A program made the translations under genes and the position numbers. Under the pieces are notes generated by a model that did not search any database, was not told the origin of the DNA, and saw nothing but the letters and a program-made list of their open reading frames with translations. From Rhizobium sp. Q54 (GTDB lineage Bacteria; Pseudomonadota; Alphaproteobacteria; CADEGL01), in NCBI GenBank assembly GCA_945860095.1, contig CAMAPP010000003.1, positions 1-58,458 of the forward strand: DNA of 58,458 nt, in the 5' to 3' direction. Below are positions 19,293-27,031 of the stretch, piece after piece; the first letter of the stretch is position 1; every line of letters begins with the position of its first letter.

Positions 19293-20015
19293 TCAGCGCG
19301 CGGCACGCCGGGGCTTGGCCCCGGATTTCGCGGCTCCGGATTTCGCGCCCCCGGATTTCCCGGCACCGGAATTTGCGCCACTGAATTTCGCGGCTCCGGA
19401 TTTTACGGCACCGGAATTTGCGCCACTGGATTTCGCGGCACCGGATTTTGCGCCACCGGATTTCGCGGCGGCCTTGCGCGCCACCTTGTACGATGGACGC
19501 TTTGCAACGGCGGAGGTTTGGCGCGCGCGCCAGCGCTCGAGCCGGGCGCGGACGCGATCATCCGCAAGCGACAATATGGCTGCGGCCAGTAGCGCGGCGT
19601 TGATCGCACCTGCCTTGCCGATGGCCAAGGTTCCCACGGGCACGCCGGCCGGCATTTGGGCGATCGACAGCAGGCTGTCCAAACCCTTGAGCGCGCGGCT
19701 TTCGACCGGCACGCCGAGAACGGGGAGCGAGGTCATGGCCGCCGCCATGCCGGGAAGATGGGCGGCGCCGCCCGCGCCGGCGATCACGACTTGCACGCCG
19801 CGCGCGCGTGCGCGGGCGGCGAATTCGTACAAGCGCCGGGGCGTGCGGTGGGCCGAAACGATCAGTGTCTCGTGCCGGATGCCGAGCGCCGCCAGGGTTT
19901 CGGCGGCGTGGCGCATGGTTTCCCAGTCGGACTGGCTGCCCATGATGATAGCCACGGGGATAATAGCCACGGGGCCGATGACGGCGACGGGACGGGCGGC
20001 GGGCCTCGTGGGCAT
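19293..20015 (-). CDS. purE: N5-CAIR mutase with C-terminal (KSGAA)n-like extension
   Basis: [24 protein letters not shown] and [10 protein letters not shown] motifs. Confidence 0.96.
   Translation of the reverse strand: MPTRPAARPVAVIGPVAIIPVAIIMGSQSDWETMRHAAETLAALGIRHETLIVSAHRTPRRLYEFAARARARGVQVVIAGAGGAAHLPGMAAAMTSLPVLGVPVESRALKGLDSLLSIAQMPAGVPVGTLAIGKAGAINAALLAAAILSLADDRVRARLERWRARQTSAVAKRPSYKVARKAAAKSGGAKSGAAKSSGANSGAVKSGAAKFSGANSGAGKSGGAKSGAAKSGAKPRRAAR
19315..19465 (-). repeat. 15-bp coding tandem repeat AAATCCGGNG(C/G)CGCN, about 10 copies
   Basis: Encodes [25 protein letters not shown]... Confidence 0.95.
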
Positions 20016-20233
20016 GTCTTGGAACCGGGTGGCGGAAAGGGCGCGCATTGTCGGGACTTGTGCGCGGCGAAACAAGGGTTGCGGGACGGGCCGGTCTTGC
20101 CGGCGTTCCCTGCCCGCCATTCGGTCGGCGCTGGCTGGTTCCCCGGCCTTCGCGCGCGCGTTCATTCTGGGAACTACAATTAACGGTTGTGATACGAATT
20201 TATAGTACAACCCGATACCCTTGCATCCCTCCC

Positions 20234-22921
20234 ATGCTTCGCTCACGCGAGAATAAAGTCATGCGCAACGCCATCCAGCCGTCCCGCAGGCGCAGCCGCA
20301 ATTCGACGTATTTGTGGCTGGCGAGTTTCCAGTTCGTCACGGTGCTTTGCGCGGCCTATTTCGGCTATGCCCTGTTTTTCGCATTCGAGGATGCGGTGCG
20401 CCATACTCACCGGTTGACCGCAATGAACGCGAAATTGAACGGGATTCAGCGCGTGGCGTCCGAAGTTTCCGCGCCCGGAAACGACGTATTCCAGTCGAAC
20501 GACGTGCCTCGCGAACGCCTCCGCCTCAACCTCGCCGCCGAAACCCTTCACGCCTTGCTCGACGATATCGGCGTCCGCTTACGCGGATCCATGGATATTG
20601 GCGACGAGGCGGAAACTTTCGACATCCCATTGAATCGGGTGCGAGAAAATCTTGGCGCGATGATGGACGAATCGAACCGGGTGTTCGACGCCGTCGCCAA
20701 ACAGGACATAAAAACCGCCGGCCTTCACATGGCGATTCTCGATCGCAACCATAATGCGATCATTGGAGAAATCGCCCAAATTTCCGCCGAGTTGTTCCGC
20801 ATCCAAACGGTGATGTTCGATGGCGAACTGCAACTCGCCGCCGCGATCGAGCGCTATGGGAGCATGGCTGGGCTTGGCGCAATTGCATTGATTCTGGCGT
20901 TGTCCTTGCACGGCTTCAAACTATCGAGTTTGGCGGAGCGGGCGGAACGCAGGCTTGCATTGCAAGTCCAAGAACTCGAACGCGCGCGCGGCGCGGCCGA
21001 GGAAGCCAACCGGGTGAAATCCGCCTTCCTCGCGGTCATGAGCCACGAAATCCGCACCCCGCTCAACGCCATGCTCGGCGTCGCGGGGCTGATGTCCGAC
21101 ACACGACTCGACGGCGAACAGCGCCGCTACGTCGAAACCATGCGATCCTCCGGCGAGGCCTTGCTCGCCCTCATCAACGACATCCTCGATCTGTCCAAGC
21201 TCGAGGCCGGACGAATCGAATTGGAGATACTGGAGTTCGATCCGGCCGAATTGGTCGAGGGCGTATTCGATATTCTGGCGCCGCGGGCCGGCGCCAAGAA
21301 TATCGCGTTCGGCCTCGTGCTCGGGCGCGATTTGCCGGGGACGGTCGAAGGCGATCCCGGCCGGCTGCGGCAAATCCTGCTCAATCTTGTCGGCAACGCG
21401 ATCAAGTTCACCGCAACCGGCGGCGTCACGCTCGAAGTCCGGCGGCGGGACGATTCGGACGGCGCGGCCAGGATTGGCGGGGCCGAGTTGCGCTTCGACG
21501 TTTCCGACACCGGCATCGGCATCGCGCTTGAAGACCAGCCGCGTCTGTTCGAGCGGTTCTCGCAAGGCGATCCCTCCATCGGCCGGAAATTCGGCGGCAC
21601 GGGTCTTGGCCTCGCGATCTCGCGCGAGCTCGTAAACATGATGGGCGGGACCATCTCGGTGCGGAGCGCACCGGGCGCCGGCAGCACGTTCGAGATCGAA
21701 TTGCCATTGGCCCTGCCGAACGCGCGAAGCGCCCGGCAGGACGGCGATCTCAAGGACCCGGACGGCGATTTCACGGGATTGTGCGTTCTCGTCGCCGATC
21801 CATCGGAGGTGTCGCGCCGGGCCATCGCGCGGCAGATCGCGGAATGGGGCGCCGACCCCGTTTGCGCGGCGGACGCGCCGGGCCTGCTTGCCGCGCTCGA
21901 CGGCGCGGCGAAGCCGCAAATCGCGCTTATCGACGCTTCGTTTCTCGATCCGGCGGACGAGAGCCTTCGCCTTTCGATTCGGCGCGCGACCGCCGGTCGC
22001 GATATCCGGTTCGTCGTCATGGGCAGCCATTTCCGCCCCGAGCTGTCCGCCGAGTCGGATTGGCTGATGAAGCCGTGCTTGCCCTCGGCGATTCGGCGGG
22101 CCCTGCGGGAAACGCCCGGCGTATCGGCGCTCGCGATTCGCGGGGTGCCGGTGCCCGAGCTCGCCGCCGTGCCGAGCCTGCGCATACTTTTGGCCGAGGA
22201 CAATCCGGTCAACCAGATGGTCGCGCTGGGAATTCTCAGAAAGGATGGCCACCGGGTCGATGTCGCGGCCAATGGCATCGAGGCCTTGGCCGCGGCGCGG
22301 GTGCGCGATTACGACGTCGTTCTCATGGACGTGCGCATGCCGGAAATGGACGGCCTGGAGGCCACGCGCGAGATTCGCGCCTTGCCCGGCGGGCGTGGCC
22401 GCGTGCCGATCGTCGCCTTGACGGCCAGCGCCATGCGGGGGGACCGCGAGCGCTTCCTCGACGCCGGCATGGACGATTACCTGGCCAAACCCATCGATCG
22501 CGCGAAGCTGGCCGCCGCCTTGCGCCGCATCGGACGCGCATCCGAGGCGGAGGCGGACACGCCGGGCGCCTTCGATGAGACATTGATCGGCGAATTCGTC
22601 GATGCGATCGGCGTCGGCGCCTTCGCCGAACTCGCGGCCAGCCAGCGCCAGGACGCGCGCGCGCGCATGGCACGCGTGGTCGAAGCCGCCGCCGCGCGCG
22701 ACGGCGCCGGGCTCGAACGCGAGAGCCACGATCTCAAAAGCACCTTCGCGACCTTCGGGGCGCTGGGCGTGCGCGATCTCGCGCGCGACATCGAGGAGCA
22801 CGCGGTCAAGGGCGACGTGGCGCGCGCGGTCGCGCTCGTGCCCGCGCTGGAAAAAGAAGTCGCGTCAAGCCTCGATTGGCTCGACATGCGCGTCGCCGAG
22901 CTGGTCCGGCGCGCGGCCTAA
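20234..22921 (+). CDS. Hybrid sensor kinase: 2 TM sensor, HisKA, HATPase, two REC domains and HPt
   Basis: [43 protein letters not shown] and SHDLKS motifs. Start is 20234 or 20261. Confidence 0.93.
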   Translation: MLRSRENKVMRNAIQPSRRRSRNSTYLWLASFQFVTVLCAAYFGYALFFAFEDAVRHTHRLTAMNAKLNGIQRVASEVSAPGNDVFQSNDVPRERLRLNLAAETLHALLDDIGVRLRGSMDIGDEAETFDIPLNRVRENLGAMMDESNRVFDAVAKQDIKTAGLHMAILDRNHNAIIGEIAQISAELFRIQTVMFDGELQLAAAIERYGSMAGLGAIALILALSLHGFKLSSLAERAERRLALQVQELERARGAAEEANRVKSAFLAVMSHEIRTPLNAMLGVAGLMSDTRLDGEQRRYVETMRSSGEALLALINDILDLSKLEAGRIELEILEFDPAELVEGVFDILAPRAGAKNIAFGLVLGRDLPGTVEGDPGRLRQILLNLVGNAIKFTATGGVTLEVRRRDDSDGAARIGGAELRFDVSDTGIGIALEDQPRLFERFSQGDPSIGRKFGGTGLGLAISRELVNMMGGTISVRSAPGAGSTFEIELPLALPNARSARQDGDLKDPDGDFTGLCVLVADPSEVSRRAIARQIAEWGADPVCAADAPGLLAALDGAAKPQIALIDASFLDPADESLRLSIRRATAGRDIRFVVMGSHFRPELSAESDWLMKPCLPSAIRRALRETPGVSALAIRGVPVPELAAVPSLRILLAEDNPVNQMVALGILRKDGHRVDVAANGIEALAAARVRDYDVVLMDVRMPEMDGLEATREIRALPGGRGRVPIVALTASAMRGDRERFLDAGMDDYLAKPIDRAKLAAALRRIGRASEAEADTPGAFDETLIGEFVDAIGVGAFAELAASQRQDARARMARVVEAAAARDGAGLERESHDLKSTFATFGALGVRDLARDIEEHAVKGDVARAVALVPALEKEVASSLDWLDMRVAELVRRAA

Positions 22922-23144
22922 AGCGGTATGTGGGTAAGCGGAATCGAGCGAGTCGATCTTCACCAAGCTCAAGGCCAGGCCGAAGTTCGGTCGCGGCGCG
23001 AACCGTGGAACACTCTCTGGGCGCCATCCGCTCCACCCTCGATGCCTTCTCTGCCCTCGATGCCTTCTCTGTCGCCGAATGCGCCAATTATTTCGAAAAT
23101 GCCGGTTATGTCCGACCCAGTCGCACGGCTCTTAAACCGCTCTA
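22919..23144 (+). mobile_element. IS630-derived miniature element or transposase remnant
   Basis: TA-AAGCGGT...ACCGCTC-TA (7-bp imperfect TIR with TA duplication); the interior translates to IER/FTKLKA/VAARTVE/LDAFS.AECANYFENAGY, like IS630 transposase C-termini. Confidence 0.75.
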
Positions 23145-23170
23145 GGGGTCTCGACGGGCCGAGCGGGGCT

Positions 23171-23199
23171 TTGGCGCTCGACCGCGTCAATGGTAGAAT
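23171..23199 (+). promoter_or_regulatory. Sigma70 promoter of zur
   Basis: TTGGCG-N17-TAGAAT ends 8 nt before the ATG. Confidence 0.65.
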
Positions 23200-23207
23200 T
23201 TCGCGCC

Positions 23208-23717
23208 ATGGCGAATTCGCTCCCGACCGCGTCCCGGCCGCGCACTCCGCCTGCGGGGCACGACCATGAACATTGCATCGCCGATGCTCTCGCCAAGGCC
23301 GAGACGATCTGCGAGCGGCACGGCGCGCGCCTCACGCCCATGCGCCGACGGGTTCTGGAATTGGTCTGGCAAAGCCATCGGCCGGTGGGCGCCTACGATC
23401 TGCTCGACCTTCTCAATGCCCGCGGAAGGCGCCACGCACCCATCGCGGTCTATCGCGCGCTCGATTTTCTGATCGAGCGGGGCCTGGTGCATCGCTTGGC
23501 GTCGCGCAACGCCTTCATCGGCTGTTCGCATCCGGCCGAGCCGCACACCGCGCAATTCCTCATCTGCGAGCGCTGCCACGCCGTGACCGAACTCGAGGAT
23601 AAGGCGATCGCCGGCGCCATTCGGGCCGGCGCCAGCCATCTCGGCTTTACGCTTGCGGCTCACGTCGTGGAGGCGCAGGGCGTGTGCGCGACTTGCCGGG
23701 GGCAGGTTTTGCCCTAG
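23208..23717 (+). CDS. zur: Fur-family regulator, Zur type
   Basis: HDHEHC, RLTPMRRRVL, VYRALDFL and two CxxC motifs (CERC, CATC). Confidence 0.85.
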   Translation: MANSLPTASRPRTPPAGHDHEHCIADALAKAETICERHGARLTPMRRRVLELVWQSHRPVGAYDLLDLLNARGRRHAPIAVYRALDFLIERGLVHRLASRNAFIGCSHPAEPHTAQFLICERCHAVTELEDKAIAGAIRAGASHLGFTLAAHVVEAQGVCATCRGQVLP

Positions 23718-24660
23718 GCCCCGTGCCGCCGGCCGGCTTTGTCTTGGGCGCGGCACCGAGCGCGGCGCGCGCGCTGGCCTCGTTGAGCTTCTGCCACGGG
23801 AAATAAAGGTCGAGCCAGTGCGAAAGGCGACCTACGGCCATGATCGCCTCGTCGAGCACCGCCGCGCGGTCGTCCTCGCCGACCAGCGCGTCGGCGAACA
23901 GCGACAAGGTGCGCGCCGTTTCGTGCAAACCCAATAGGCCGTCGAGCTGGGCGGCGGCGCCCCGGATCAGCATGGCCGCGGTTCTGGCCTCGGCGTCCGA
24001 GCCGGTCTCGCGCACCAGCCACAGATTTTCGTGCAATTTGCGCAGCTCCGATTCGGCGAAGAAGATCGGCCCGAGCGGCAGCATCACGCCCTCGCGCGCG
24101 CGCAGGCGCTCGAATTCGCGCGGCATGCCCGACCAGGCGCGCCGACGCGCCGACCGCGCGGCCTGTAGCGAACGCCCCGCGTCCGCGTCCGCGGTTTGCG
24201 CCACCTCGCCGGGCAGAATTGGAGCGGCTTGGGCGGCGCGCGCGAGCTCCGCGCGCCATGCGCCGGAGCCTGCGCGCAATTCGGCCCACACGGTGCGCCA
24301 GCCATGGTCCTTTTGTACGATCTTACCGATGCGCGCGAGGCCGTCGAGGCCCGCGCTCACCTGACCGAGAATGGTGACGCTCGCGGTTTCGTCCTGGAGC
24401 GGCCCGAACATGATCTCGAGGAATTGGCGCTTGGGGTAATAGATGAACGCGCCGGGACCCACGCCTTGGATGTCGCGCGCCGATTCGAGCGGCATGACGA
24501 ACGGCGCCGGCCAAAGGATTTGATCGCCGGCGATTTTCGCGCAGTGCAGATCGACCCGCGCGGGCAGGCTATCGACCAGGGCTTGGGCGGTACGCGGCGC
24601 GGCGGCGATGTCGAGCGCGATTTCCACCCGCACGCCCTCGGCCGAAAGAATCAATGCCAT
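23647..24660 (-). CDS. Uncharacterised cyclophilin-like + helical-bundle protein, McbB/cucumopine-synthase-like (337 aa)
   Basis: HCAKIAGDQIL, LEIMFGPLQDE, RRAWSGMPREF and SHWLDLYFPWQ resemble recalled McbB segments. The ORF is certain; the family call is recall-based. Confidence 0.6.
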   Translation of the reverse strand: MALILSAEGVRVEIALDIAAAPRTAQALVDSLPARVDLHCAKIAGDQILWPAPFVMPLESARDIQGVGPGAFIYYPKRQFLEIMFGPLQDETASVTILGQVSAGLDGLARIGKIVQKDHGWRTVWAELRAGSGAWRAELARAAQAAPILPGEVAQTADADAGRSLQAARSARRRAWSGMPREFERLRAREGVMLPLGPIFFAESELRKLHENLWLVRETGSDAEARTAAMLIRGAAAQLDGLLGLHETARTLSLFADALVGEDDRAAVLDEAIMAVGRLSHWLDLYFPWQKLNEASARAALGAAPKTKPAGGTGPRAKPAPGKSRTRPAPPRREPQA

Positions 24661-24667
24661 CTTGTCC

Positions 24668-24736
24668 GTCTCCCGCGCGTCTCGCCGTTCCGGCGAGCAT
24701 GTCTCCCGCGCGTCTCGCCGTTCCGGCGAGCATGTC
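24668..24736. repeat. Perfect 33-bp tandem duplication containing a hairpin
   Basis: GTCTCCCGCGCGTCTCGCCGTTCCGGCGAGCAT x2; CTCGCC-GTTCC-GGCGAG stem. Confidence 0.95.
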
Positions 24737-24840
24737 ACCCGCCGCGCACCCCGGGCAAGTACGGTGGCGCGGATCGCGCGAATCGGCTATGCCTGCCATT
24801 GTCCGTTAAGGGCGATTCCACCGATTCCGGGAGATTATTC

Positions 24841-25371
24841 GTGCCCGATAGCGCGCAGCAAATAGACTGGCCCAGCCAGATCTTCGACGTCCTCAAGGAA
24901 TACGACGTGCGCCAGGTCGCGCACGTCCCCGATGCCGGCCATGCGCGGCTGATCAAGATGTGCGAGGCGGATCCCGCCATGCGCACGGTCACGCTCACCA
25001 CCGAGGAAGAGGGCGTGGCCATGCTCGCGGGCGCCTATTTGGGCGGCCAGCGCGGTTGTCTGTTGATGCAGTCGAGCGGTGCCGGAAACACGATCAATGC
25101 CTTGTCCCTGGTCAAGACCTGCCGGATTCCGTTCCTGACCGTCATCACGATGCGCGGCGAGTGGGGCGAGTTCAATCCTTGGCAGGTGCCGATGGGCCTG
25201 GGCACGCGCGCAGCCCTCGAGGCGATGGGCATCGCGGTGCACGACGCGACCGAGCCGGGCGCGGTGCGCGATGCGGTCGAGGCGGCGGCGAAGCTCGCCT
25301 TTCACTCCTTTCAACAATGCGCGGTGACGATTTCCCAGCGCGTGCTCGGCGCCAAGGCGTTCAAGGACTAG
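24841..25371 (+). CDS. TPP-dependent decarboxylase alpha subunit (ComD/phosphonopyruvate decarboxylase-like)
   Basis: VPDAGH, TTEEEGVA, LLMQSSGAGN and MRGEWGEFNPWQVPMG motifs; GTG start. Confidence 0.85.
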   Translation: MPDSAQQIDWPSQIFDVLKEYDVRQVAHVPDAGHARLIKMCEADPAMRTVTLTTEEEGVAMLAGAYLGGQRGCLLMQSSGAGNTINALSLVKTCRIPFLTVITMRGEWGEFNPWQVPMGLGTRAALEAMGIAVHDATEPGAVRDAVEAAAKLAFHSFQQCAVTISQRVLGAKAFKD

Positions 25372-25375
25372 AACC

Positions 25376-25960
25376 ATGCAACAACTCGAACGCCGCGCCA
25401 CGGTGCGCACGCTGCTTTCCAATCGCGGCGACATGCTGTGCGTGACCGGCCTCGGCGGCACGTGCTGGGACGTGGCGGCGGCGGGCGACAGCAAGATGAA
25501 TTTCTATCTCTGGGGTGCCATGGGTTGTGCTGCCATGGTGGGGCTGGGCTTGGCTCTCGCCCAACCGGATCGCCGCGTGCTGGTGGTGACGGGCGATGGC
25601 GAGGCGCTCATGGGACTCGGCGCGTTCGCGACCATAGCCGTGCAACGCCCGAAAAATCTGGCGATCGCGGTCGTCGATAACGAGCATTTCGGCGAAACCG
25701 GCATGCAGCCCACCCATACCGGCTCGGGCGTCGATCTTGCACGCGTGGCCGAAGCCGCGGGCTTCGCCGCGACCACCGTGGCGCGGGACGATGCGGGGCT
25801 GGCCAGGGCGACGGCCATGCTGCGCGAGGCGCCGGGGCCGGTGCTCGCCGTGCTCAAGGTCGATACGGCGAAGCAGCCGCTCGTCATGCCGCCACGCGAC
25901 GGCGCCTATCTCAAGGATCGCTTCCGCGAGGCGCTGCTCGGCAAGGCGGCGATCGACTGA
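25376..25960 (+). CDS. TPP-dependent decarboxylase beta subunit (ComE-like)
   Basis: NFYLWGAMG and GDGEALM...DNEHFGETG TPP-binding motif. Confidence 0.87.
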   Translation: MQQLERRATVRTLLSNRGDMLCVTGLGGTCWDVAAAGDSKMNFYLWGAMGCAAMVGLGLALAQPDRRVLVVTGDGEALMGLGAFATIAVQRPKNLAIAVVDNEHFGETGMQPTHTGSGVDLARVAEAAGFAATTVARDDAGLARATAMLREAPGPVLAVLKVDTAKQPLVMPPRDGAYLKDRFREALLGKAAID

Positions 25961-25976
25961 TGTTCGGGTTGGCGCG

Positions 25977-26918
25977 ATGCGCGCGGCGCTTGGGCACCCG
26001 CTAGCCGAGTATCTCGACATCGCGGGCGAATTGCGCGCGGCCTTGCGCGCGGGCGATCCGGTGGTGGCGCTCGAGTCCTCCGTCATCGCGGCGGGCCTGC
26101 CGCGCCCGCACAATCTTGCCGCCGCGCGCACCTGCGAGGCGGCGGTGCGCGCCGAAGGGGCGGTGCCCGCGACCATCGCCGTTCTCGGCGGCCGGATCAG
26201 AATTGGGCTCGCGCCCGCCGAACTCGAAAACCTCGCCGCGCGCGACGATGTCGAAAAGGCCAGCCGCCGCGATCTGGCCCATCTGCTCGCGAGGGGGCGC
26301 GACGGCGCGACCACGGTCGCGGGCACGCTGGTGTGCGCGCGCTTGGCTGGAATCGCGATCTTCGCCACGGGCGGCATCGGCGGGGTGCATCGCGGTTGGC
26401 GGGATACTCTCGACATTTCGGCCGATCTCGAGGAATTGCCGCGCGCCAATCTCGCGGTGGTGTGCGCGGGCGCGAAATCCATTCTCGATTTGCCGGCAAC
26501 CCTCGAATATCTCGAGACCCGCGGCGTGCCGGTCATCGGTTACGGCACGGACGAGTTTCCGGCCTTTCATGCCAGGCGCAGCGGATTGCGCCTCGACCGG
26601 CGCGTGGACCGGCCCGAGGACGCGGCGCGGGTCATGCTCGCCCAGCGTCGCCTTGGCCTCGACGGCGCGGTGGTGTTCGCGGTGCCGTGCCCCGCATCGG
26701 CGGCGATGGACGAAGCCGTGCTCGACGGCCATGTGCGCGCGGCCGTTTGCGCGGCGACGGCCGCGGGCGTGCGCGGCCAGGCTCTTACGCCCTATCTGCT
26801 TGCGCGCATCGCCGAGGCGAGCGGCGGCGCCTCGCTCGCGGCCAATCTCGCGCTGCTCGAAAACAACGCACGGACGGCGGCGCGCATCGCCCAAGCCTAT
26901 TCGCGTCTCAAGATCTGA
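25977..26918 (+). CDS. psuG: Pseudouridine-5'-phosphate glycosidase (PsuG/IndA family)
   Basis: VVALESS, FATGGIGGVHRG, DISADL and CAGAKSILD motifs. Confidence 0.92.
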   Translation: MRAALGHPLAEYLDIAGELRAALRAGDPVVALESSVIAAGLPRPHNLAAARTCEAAVRAEGAVPATIAVLGGRIRIGLAPAELENLAARDDVEKASRRDLAHLLARGRDGATTVAGTLVCARLAGIAIFATGGIGGVHRGWRDTLDISADLEELPRANLAVVCAGAKSILDLPATLEYLETRGVPVIGYGTDEFPAFHARRSGLRLDRRVDRPEDAARVMLAQRRLGLDGAVVFAVPCPASAAMDEAVLDGHVRAAVCAATAAGVRGQALTPYLLARIAEASGGASLAANLALLENNARTAARIAQAYSRLKI

Positions 26919-27031
26919 ATCGATGGCGGCTCGCGCAAGGCGGCGCGCGCACCGCGTCACCGTATTGTCACTGTCGGCGGTCTAGGATTTCGCCCGCCAT
27001 TCATCCCATCCCAGGACCAAGAGGGTCGAAC

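Noticed and set aside
19285-19381. purK N-terminal extension ([10 protein letters not shown] repeats)
   Set aside because: It is the purE tail repeat read in another frame; the purK homology begins at ATG 19285, just after the purE stop.
20178-20195. CtrA box at TTAACGGTTGTGATA, and at other lone TTAA sites (7435, 24805, 38289, 52503, 58234)
   Set aside because: Second half-site absent or wrongly spaced.
23190-23717. Fur/Irr/Mur identity for the regulator
   Set aside because: The HDH..C N-terminus, two CxxC motifs and the Zur-boxed operon in the window favour Zur.
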